Below are positions 27,101 to 32,747 of a DNA stretch of 32,747 nt, one piece after another (position 1 is the first letter of the stretch; each line of letters opens with the position of its first letter). The stretch comes from a virus (taxonomy: Duplodnaviria > Caudoviricetes), in IMG/VR virus record IMGVR_UViG_3300031963_000578, positions 1-32,747 of that record, one strand, 5' to 3'. Under the pieces are notes generated by a model. That model did no database searches, was not told where the DNA came from, and worked only from the letters and a program-made list of their open reading frames with translations. The position numbers were made by a program, and so were the translations under genes.

Positions 27101-29658
27101 CCAAGGTAGACCCTGACATAGATGACATTCGGGATAGTTCTATTTGGGCATTAGAGCATCGCATTGAAGAACGGGCAATGTTTGCCGCCTCTATTAATGA
27201 TGACCAGTTCTACGCCAAACGAACCATTGCTGGTTCGTACGTTCCCCTCATCCGTGAAGGCGATTGGCAAATTCGTATTCAAGCCTACAAGACTGTCAAC
27301 GGACAAGAAGTTCCTATTAAGTTACGCCAAGGGCAACAAGACTCTTTGTTCTACGGCAAGACCGCTAACCAAAAAGATGCCCAAGAAGTTCAAGACGAAC
27401 TGGACAACCTCTTTTCAGGTGAGCATGACATGCGTGATGCCGATGGCAATATGCAGACAGTTAAGTTGCGAGCCATTGCATCGGTTGCAGAACAGACTCC
27501 CGCCCTTGTGGACATCCTCCACTACGACGAGGTAATGTATTCGCTCAGTCGTTTGGGTATCAACATTACCCCTGAGCAACGGACAACCTTGGTTCAGAAA
27601 CTTACTGCACAGAACACTCGTGCCCGTGCAAACCTGAAGCGTTCGGGCGTACCGGGCTGGGATAAAGATGTTGTCAAGAGTGCGTCGGCTTACCTAGAAC
27701 AGCAGGCATATACCGCAGCTAATAAAGAGTTCCGCCATCAGTACGATGAAGTGCTTGATAACCCGTTCAACTGGCAAGGTGACCCTACCCGTTTAGAAGA
27801 ACTGCGGGTTAAATGGGAAAGCAGTACTGGCGAGGCTAAAGAGATTGCCGCTCGGGAGTATTTCCAAGAGAAGTTCTACTACGATAATGCCGTTGAAGTT
27901 ATTGATGGTAAGCGGGTGGAGCGTGGCAACTGGTACAAAGAACGTGCCAAGTCTTTGCTTGACTGGAAAGAATCCACGGGTGACATCGTTCATGCTGACG
28001 ACATTTGGACAAACAACGAATGGTCTGTTGCGGCTCGTACTTGGGCGGCTATTGCCCAACTTGGTGGCTCTATTGCTACTGGTGTCACACAGATGCTTTC
28101 GTTGCCAACCAACTCATGGGCGTACCTCTCAGCCTTTAATCCTAAGAATGGATTTGGCTTAGGGTTAGGCGCAGGTCGTGCCGCCACATTGTTATTTGAC
28201 TATGGTCGCAAAGCAGGTAGCTTCCGTTACGCCAATCTAGACTACATCAAAGGACAGATTAAAGAACTCCAAGATAGTGGTGAAGATAGGAACAAGGATG
28301 GGCTGACGTTTGCCGAACTGAACTTCCTCCAAACCATGACGGAAGAACAACGCCTTGATGCCGCACAATTTAACGCTTTGACTGGTACTAGCCGTGGTCG
28401 TAAGATTACTGGCAATCCAACCGCACAAAAAGTTATTCAGGTATGGATGCTTCCATTCAGTTATTCCGAACAATTTAACCGCCGCACCACACTCCTAGCA
28501 GCATATCGTGGTGAGTATGACCGTCAACGTGCTGCTGGCCTAGCCCACAATGAGGCTGACCTTGCCGCCCGTGCTGCGGCATCTCGTGCCGTTGATGCTA
28601 CCCAAGGGGATTACGCTCAGTACAACCGCCCTGCTTTCTTCCGTGGTGGACTCCAGTCGTTCATCTATATGTACAAGCAGTACCCTATCTTGATGGTTCA
28701 GTTGCTAAAGAACATGAACTATGAAGGTCGTATCATCATGCTCGGGTCGTTGCTCTTGTTATCCGGAGTACGGGGCATACCGGGTTCTGACGACATCTTG
28801 GACATTGTTGATGGTATTGCTCAGCGCCTTGGCTTGAAGGTTGGCTCGATTGAAAAAGAGTTTGCTCGTCTGACCCGTAGCGTATTCGGTGATGAACTAG
28901 CGGCAGAGATTAACCCAATCATCATGCGTGGTTTGCTTGACCACTTCACTGGTCTTTCATTCTCGAATCGCTTAGGTCTTGGGGACATCATCCCCGGAAC
29001 TGGCTTGCTTAAACCATCGGCTACCAAGCAGGAGATTCTGCGTGAGGTGGTAAATATTGCAGGTGCACCAACGTCTTTCTTGGCAGGTGCGTTTGAGTTT
29101 ACGTTTAACACATTGCCTGCGGTAGCCACAGGGCGTAAAGGACTAAGTTCCTTAGCGACTGACTCTCCCTTTACGGCTATTAAGAACTTGGGTACTGCGT
29201 TTAAGTTTTACGACACAGGTGCGATTGTCGACACCAAGGGATATGTTGTAGCGCAGAACGCCACCACTTGGGAAATACTTGGTAAGGCACTAGGTTGGTA
29301 TCCATCCCGTGCTCAGGCACAGATGGACTGGTTGATGGCTGACTCCCAAGAACAAGCATACATGTCTATGATTAAGACTGAAGCTACCCGCCAAGCAGTT
29401 GCCGCTCGATTGTCAGGCGATGTGGATGCTGAGAAGGATGTCAAGGAATACATCAAGTCATGGAACGAAAGCACCAAAGGGACACGCCTAGAGATTCGCA
29501 ACTTTGAGAAAGGTTTAAATCAAGCCTTCCGTGAAGCCAAGAAACCACTAGCGTTACGTGCCCTCAAGTCCTCCGCTAAAGGTGGCAGAGCAGAAGCTAA
29601 GGAGTTGCTACGCATTTACGGCGTAGACGAGGAAACCCTTTCGGGCATCCCCGACTAA
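21154..29658 (+). CDS. Giant polyvalent internal virion/ejection protein
   Basis: 2834 aa. Gly/Ala hydrophobic N-domain, Gln/Pro linker, MORN repeats, HETLGH zincin motif, helical C-domain with TQGDY...NRP..F motif. Confidence 0.8.
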   Translation: MATKATQSFENPLYTSSGGSLASDMSGYTFLNPAVSTGSDALQQGLADIAAMGARAQQITQFELPQIKRPPAIQYSPSQKKLAVQGVTFDEDDSEMTLRAEALLDQPPVGTLKGGDWVTLTPQAYGQITSGIRNPSLGRLMSKNFGIGVDQLQLLAGRGLQLAGAEQTGQAIVDQQMDDIRKNLPFRREFSEIDSSKGAIEWLAATVAQQGPNILESIGVAAAGFFAGGAAGGPLGAAGGALAGLAGKTAFKQSVLAALKKQAAGEALDVAETKLLKEAAGIAGATILSVGQNYATGAADIYGEFREQGSGADDTNARLAALSGAVPYAVLESLPEFLLASRLFGRGGISARGGSTNLQDIQGKTFLGTQALRGGELLKRGAKGAAVGGTAEGLTELGQESLLIGMTGQDFTDADVQNRLLESFAAGFGVGGTIGAGANLRRGPIGKQPTNLLNPGQTTDPPPSDSREVTPVGGPTPSGGMGARPDFVAGAAGVRASTPGDRIYTGPVEPNQFGGAQGVLDLGGIPVAEAKARSMQGNVQPQRVWDVTTQSWREVSPQSADEQVAANFQQKRQERIQLGQYINTLKQQLANPNLPPQERANLERQLAQATEAIRTTTDVIDTTQFAREQAGQPPIRQELPTVDPNQLALQFAPPAPSGVGFTDQAAPIVNPAMQQAMNLAQSREAQVQAQAAAAAQREADLNKLQARGQAQRQLDIAQQAMDAARAQQQQTQQQLPTKPLPIRQPQQLELFSRREAPRPSRAEGLRRGVGTQLPEPTTPVLPVQDLRRSPQVPLFTQQGAPSMAALRSAGTQQQVVPTVQQGATQIAPTGAPVTAVTSEAAKGVALKKEKTGTITFEDGSIYTGQLKKGEPNGQGTLIYSDTSTYTGQFKNGKPQGKGRFEDADGTVFDGQFEDGDFIQPEVTEDATQKGKQQQGRQSKRKQDNAGVQGGGQTGQQPTTQEQGGGTETGGGGKSLKRGKKQEVTPDETPPPPPPKGGKALKKAPAKKTEAKAEAAPKAAKLQKGPSGLAAMVGQLMGTTAQPTVVESQPKRGPNEASAETVAANEELDMAIETAETTKNAAAYAEALYDIVSAYVTSADRTYLRKTSTKFLTDEGGVPKGDYVAALREIALDEESISPKSRLYGLLADAGLLNDVNVLKNVRVPGAKTTQEAVVGETIGANSEITPEESLANFIDSNPQWPNRKQLVDKLKQLYGKIDDDNFLVGKRGRIKDFFDTNGNPLVTQPAGTSYFIPNTVAEEKTTKSDFVAKHETARKELRDLEDTEDQTTLDDLQFDPFYDRKPNSDDDWRAFRSNGKPLTPMKVGPLRLFAARVISKYARKPRVSVFANIQDMKRSNPALFEAAAKARKDGDIEAVNAAGMAWGDNVVLFADLIHSEEHARFIIAHETLGHVGFRGLFSNQALNKILQFVADADPHLTNEAIVYANGKGIPFLEAVEEVLADRAAAIDNNTILRFWNWLKDQLNKLGLSFNDDAARYLISLSRKYVRQGVGRSEVNTSGLYKEINEALATEQSDIEVLRFAQSAAQGSANFAQNFVNRNFAVYGNLERSIRDIVDASQKSAEMRKQGKGVLANVRNVVQKVLDGIQTQDNMARKSKGYFKIFRLLQDQAARQTELKTQYAEITNIAHEAKFLGFGEGLTSEQSVRAGELMAYATLFKMNQLSDNAIAKMDNIVFYDPNNLEPIPKINVDGFNQLKQVGRMTPEEFRSGFKVQQGTEERPMTEEYKAELAAQRDKELAIMEAGRNRELARLQKKLAAATNEEAKLEFELRIKRLESRYASNVESTKRYYTKQMNDKTYEAPRLTDSLDWFKDVDGTVIENDDGTVTYTGTSIEYQVYLQFHEAISKSAADVLIGKYLGAIHEQARAITSGVGASFNQSLTAQETKFIEDIVEQYDRMRLKDSGYKNNRFEMSESAQEDANEWLRMKFARAFYTDLALTDLAKMVEGYTPAEVDTIVRGMRKKLRTKVDPDIDDIRDSSIWALEHRIEERAMFAASINDDQFYAKRTIAGSYVPLIREGDWQIRIQAYKTVNGQEVPIKLRQGQQDSLFYGKTANQKDAQEVQDELDNLFSGEHDMRDADGNMQTVKLRAIASVAEQTPALVDILHYDEVMYSLSRLGINITPEQRTTLVQKLTAQNTRARANLKRSGVPGWDKDVVKSASAYLEQQAYTAANKEFRHQYDEVLDNPFNWQGDPTRLEELRVKWESSTGEAKEIAAREYFQEKFYYDNAVEVIDGKRVERGNWYKERAKSLLDWKESTGDIVHADDIWTNNEWSVAARTWAAIAQLGGSIATGVTQMLSLPTNSWAYLSAFNPKNGFGLGLGAGRAATLLFDYGRKAGSFRYANLDYIKGQIKELQDSGEDRNKDGLTFAELNFLQTMTEEQRLDAAQFNALTGTSRGRKITGNPTAQKVIQVWMLPFSYSEQFNRRTTLLAAYRGEYDRQRAAGLAHNEADLAARAAASRAVDATQGDYAQYNRPAFFRGGLQSFIYMYKQYPILMVQLLKNMNYEGRIIMLGSLLLLSGVRGIPGSDDILDIVDGIAQRLGLKVGSIEKEFARLTRSVFGDELAAEINPIIMRGLLDHFTGLSFSNRLGLGDIIPGTGLLKPSATKQEILREVVNIAGAPTSFLAGAFEFTFNTLPAVATGRKGLSSLATDSPFTAIKNLGTAFKFYDTGAIVDTKGYVVAQNATTWEILGKALGWYPSRAQAQMDWLMADSQEQAYMSMIKTEATRQAVAARLSGDVDAEKDVKEYIKSWNESTKGTRLEIRNFEKGLNQAFREAKKPLALRALKSSAKGGRAEAKELLRIYGVDEETLSGIPD
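23707..23906 (+). repeat. MORN-type repeats (about 3) within the giant protein
   Basis: YTGQLKKGEPNGQGTLIYSDTST / YTGQFKNGKPQGKGRFEDADGTV / FDGQFEDG, 23-aa period. Confidence 0.85.
23927..24103 (+). CDS. Nested (+1 frame) 58-aa basic protein, MPLKKG/DUF6496-like
   Basis: GAGGT at 23914-23918, ATG at 23927, TAA at 24101-24103. MPLKKGSSNKVVSQNVSKIMREYKAGGKLGNSPRPKSKAAALKQAVAASLSNAGRSKK. Confidence 0.8.
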   Translation: MPLKKGSSNKVVSQNVSKIMREYKAGGKLGNSPRPKSKAAALKQAVAASLSNAGRSKK

Positions 29659-32519
29659 ACAACCTTGAGTTGCCCGTGAGTTAGGTCGTTCACCGAATGG
29701 TCAGCGTCATCCAAGATTCCCAATAAACGTGGGTGATTTAGGTTGATGCCGACCACATAGCATTGCGGAATCTTAATACCAACATCTTTACCGAAGTACG
29801 CTTTCTGTGATTTCGGTGTGGCAATAATCCCTTCCATCTCAAACTCTTGGATAAATGCTTTGTAGTCATAGCCACGGGTGCTAAGCCATTTCCGTAGCTT
29901 GGTTCTTTCGACAAGCACTGTGCCACTCTCGAACTTGCCATCGTAGGTTTTGCGGAATAAGTCGTAGCGTACAAGGATGTCTGCAATATACGGGCGATTG
30001 TTGTCCCGCATTGGCTTCTGTCCGGGGGTGTGCATGACAGTCAAAGTTGCATCCATGTTCTCGTTGATGAACTCGCCCAGTGCATCGAAGGCATCCATAC
30101 GATTGGTTGCCGCAGATACTTTCATGGACTTCAGTTCACCTAGTGCCCATTCAGTTGCGTCTTGATAGTCATACTGGATAAGCCCATACTCCTTTGCCAA
30201 CTGGTTACCCAAGTCTGAAAGCACAACACCGACTTCCCAAAAGCGCTCGTCACCAGTAAAGCTAACACCATATTTCTTAGGGAACTCATTGATAGCGTGG
30301 TCAAGCATTGCCTTCAAACCATCTATACCCAACGGCATTAAGTGCCTAATAAACTCCTGCCCTACTGTGCCGTAGTTGTTCATTAGGAACGCATGTATCT
30401 GCCGACCTACTTGGCTACCCTTGGTAAACAGTGGGTGCGGTGCAACATTAAACTCAAGCAGTCGAGCGAGCTTGGCGTCCGTAGCATGACCACCTGCGTA
30501 CAACATACTGTGCAGTGATTCGTTGGTCGATACAGTCATGGTGGTTGCCCACTCTTTGGTTGCTCGTTCTTCTGCACTACGATTCAAACGTGCCTTGTCC
30601 CTACCCTGCGATGTCCAGTAGATAAGGTCGCCTGCTTCTTCACGGTCAAGCATCGTCAGTTCGTCTACTGTCATGGGTAGGTTGCCATGCAAAGAAAGAC
30701 GTGAGAACAAACTGTTCTGTGTGAACTTACCACCGAAGTGGAGTTGGTCAGGGTTGCCCCATATGGATTGCATCATGTACTGACCGAGCGTCTTACCGCC
30801 ACCAGTCTTGCCATACAAGGACAGAATCAAACCTTTCAAGCCACTGACCTTGAGCAATGGTGTTGCAAATGAGAAGCCAATCAGGAACTTGTGGAGTTTT
30901 AAATCGGCAGAGTCAAGGATACGGGTGAAGTTAACCCATTCTTGCAGGTCTCCTTTTGTGCCGTACATGTCCTCAGATAGCTTGCCGACCCCTTGGGCTA
31001 GGTTGACTTGCTCAATATTTACTGTGCCGTTGGAGTCCCGGCGAAGAAGCGAACTGCCAATCACAAACTCGTTGTAGTTTGATTTCCAACCCATTGATGA
31101 GTACAAGTTTGTTAGCCCTCGGCGTTGCTTCAACTCCTCCATGTATGAACGTAAAAGCATTTGGAAGTTTTCCGTTTGTGACTTGTTAAAAAGAAGGATG
31201 CCTTGGTCTGCGATTGTGGTAGAGAAGTCACGGCTACCATGTGCTAAGTTGGCTTGACGCATTACCAACTCAGTCCACCCAACGTGTGGGCGATTCCACA
31301 TAAAGCGAACTACCTCATAGCCAAGTCCTTCATCCTTACCATACCCCACTGGGTATAGGTCGAACTTGCATACGTCAATATCTGTTTCTTCAATGACCAT
31401 CTTCATACCATCAGTGGTACGTTTAAATGGTTTGGGTACTGGCACTACTGCGGCAATAGGGTCAACCATAGCCGCCATTGATTTGACCTCAGCTAGTTGT
31501 GTACCTAGTCGTGCGGGGCTACCAATCTTGTCCTTAAACTTACAACCCTTACAACCCTCAGGTCGCTCAAGCATAAACTTCTCGCACAGTGTTGGGCCTG
31601 TTGCGCCGTTCTTCCAGTTCTCAATCTTGGTGGTTACTTCACTCTCATTAAAGTTTGCGTATTCTTTACTCCATTTAATTGCAGTAGCTACTGGCTCTTG
31701 GCAATAGGCGGCGACACCCATCATCTTCCACCAAAAGGGTTCAGTCACATCGTTCTGATTCTCAGCACCCCATTTAATTTGTTGGCATCCTGCGACCACT
31801 CGCTCTGCATTTGCAGGTTGGTATTCATGCTTGACTGCCATAGCATCCAACAACGTATTGTTGCGTGTTGGTTGTGCGGGTGGCTCATAAGATGAGCCAT
31901 GAGTAAACGGCTCGAGTACTGCCCACAACTGGTTGTAGGTTACATCGGGAGCATCTCTTAACAAAACCGCAGTCTTATTACCCTTGGGATTCACACACCC
32001 AATCGGTCTAAGAATACGTGCGTTATCTCCTGTCACACCAATATCAGGTGTGAACCCTTTGTCCAAGCAAGCCGCCTTCAGTGCGTTAGCCAATGGCTTC
32101 CACTGCGCAGGCGCAACCGCCGTATCAAGAATCCAGTAAACGTGTAGCCCATTACCAGACGAAACAATCATCGGCATGGGTAGCCCAACATCTTTGACAA
32201 AGGCAATCAGAGCCTTGGCCCCTTCGCTTGCATCAATGAATGGCTTTGGCTTTCCATTCTTACCAATACCGCAGTCAACGTCTATCGCAAGTACCTTTGT
32301 ACGCTCAACGAACTCCTGCTTCCTACGCTTCTCCGTAAATGTAGAGATGGCGTAGTACGTGTTCTGCCCCCTGTCATTCAGAGCCTGTGCAACTTGTGCG
32401 AGTTTTTCTACCGAATCAAAGTAACCATGTCTTGGTGCAGGGTTGTCCCGCTCAAAACTAGCTATGCAATACAATCCTTCAGTTGGTAGTACTCGCTGAA
32501 AAAAACTCAGCGTGTCCAT
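29655..32519 (-). CDS. Primase-helicase (AEP/RepB-like primase + Cys cluster + DUF927 + P-loop helicase)
   Basis: 954 aa. IDVD, SSGNGLHVYW and RILR.IG..N.K motifs, C..F....P.GC.GC cluster, MGW, Walker A GKTGGGKT, Walker B TVDE. Confidence 0.85.
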   Translation of the reverse strand: MDTLSFFQRVLPTEGLYCIASFERDNPAPRHGYFDSVEKLAQVAQALNDRGQNTYYAISTFTEKRRKQEFVERTKVLAIDVDCGIGKNGKPKPFIDASEGAKALIAFVKDVGLPMPMIVSSGNGLHVYWILDTAVAPAQWKPLANALKAACLDKGFTPDIGVTGDNARILRPIGCVNPKGNKTAVLLRDAPDVTYNQLWAVLEPFTHGSSYEPPAQPTRNNTLLDAMAVKHEYQPANAERVVAGCQQIKWGAENQNDVTEPFWWKMMGVAAYCQEPVATAIKWSKEYANFNESEVTTKIENWKNGATGPTLCEKFMLERPEGCKGCKFKDKIGSPARLGTQLAEVKSMAAMVDPIAAVVPVPKPFKRTTDGMKMVIEETDIDVCKFDLYPVGYGKDEGLGYEVVRFMWNRPHVGWTELVMRQANLAHGSRDFSTTIADQGILLFNKSQTENFQMLLRSYMEELKQRRGLTNLYSSMGWKSNYNEFVIGSSLLRRDSNGTVNIEQVNLAQGVGKLSEDMYGTKGDLQEWVNFTRILDSADLKLHKFLIGFSFATPLLKVSGLKGLILSLYGKTGGGKTLGQYMMQSIWGNPDQLHFGGKFTQNSLFSRLSLHGNLPMTVDELTMLDREEAGDLIYWTSQGRDKARLNRSAEERATKEWATTMTVSTNESLHSMLYAGGHATDAKLARLLEFNVAPHPLFTKGSQVGRQIHAFLMNNYGTVGQEFIRHLMPLGIDGLKAMLDHAINEFPKKYGVSFTGDERFWEVGVVLSDLGNQLAKEYGLIQYDYQDATEWALGELKSMKVSAATNRMDAFDALGEFINENMDATLTVMHTPGQKPMRDNNRPYIADILVRYDLFRKTYDGKFESGTVLVERTKLRKWLSTRGYDYKAFIQEFEMEGIIATPKSQKAYFGKDVGIKIPQCYVVGINLNHPRLLGILDDADHSVNDLTHGQLKVV

Positions 32520-32524
32520 AATAT

Positions 32525-32553
32525 CCCCGTTAGTGGGGGGTAGTTAGCCCCCC
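32525..32553 (-). promoter_or_regulatory. Intergenic G6/C6 hairpin upstream of the primase RBS
   Basis: Minus strand reads GGGGGG-CTAACTA-CCCCCC-ACTAAC-GGGG-ATATT-ATG. Confidence 0.5.
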
Positions 32554-32559
32554 TGTCCC

Positions 32560-32747
32560 TCAGTTAAAACGCTTCATAAGTTCGTCAAGGCGTTCTTTCC
32601 TCTGCTTCTGTTCCATAGCAATGACGGCAGGCGTAGGCCATTTGTCATCCACCATGATAGAAAGCAATTGTTTGAGGACAGTCCTGACAGTACCATCGTT
32701 AGCTTTGCGGATAACTTTCCCCCGCACCCAACCATAATACGTCATAC
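32560..32747 (-). CDS. 3' part of a small probable HTH DNA-binding protein, likely truncated by the window edge
   Basis: TYYGWVRG resembles an HTH recognition-helix end. The frame is open to the window end. Confidence 0.5.
   Translation of the reverse strand, partial: MTYYGWVRGKVIRKANDGTVRTVLKQLLSIMVDDKWPTPAVIAMEQKQRKERLDELMKRFN

Noticed and set aside
1-32747. Alternative genetic code or stop-codon reassignment
   Set aside because: Genes tile densely under the standard code, and TAA, TGA and TAG all end plausible genes.

Overview
The window is a gene-dense segment of a tailed dsDNA bacteriophage with podovirus-like gene order and the standard genetic code. The + strand (42-29658) is one long virion and lysis operon. 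In order it carries the scaffold, a P22-coat-like major capsid protein, a decoration protein, small Lys-rich proteins, head-tail adaptors, an acidic repeat protein, a duplicated Gly-rich fibre cassette, a lysis cassette (membrane proteins, holin, M15A peptidase), a tail nozzle, a GNAT-like protein and ejection proteins, ending in a 2834-aa polyvalent protein. The - strand carries a primase-helicase and the 3' part of a small DNA-binding gene. No tRNA, CRISPR array, integrase or reverse transcriptase was seen. The most notable observation is two apparently real genes nested in the +1 frame of larger genes, each with its own Shine-Dalgarno (SD) site. One is a 58-aa basic MPLKKG... protein inside the giant protein (23927-24103). 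The other is a 78-aa amphipathic, cationic peptide inside the endolysin (12507-12743), in a cassette with no recognisable spanin. All family names come from recalled motifs, not database searches, and all counts were done by hand.
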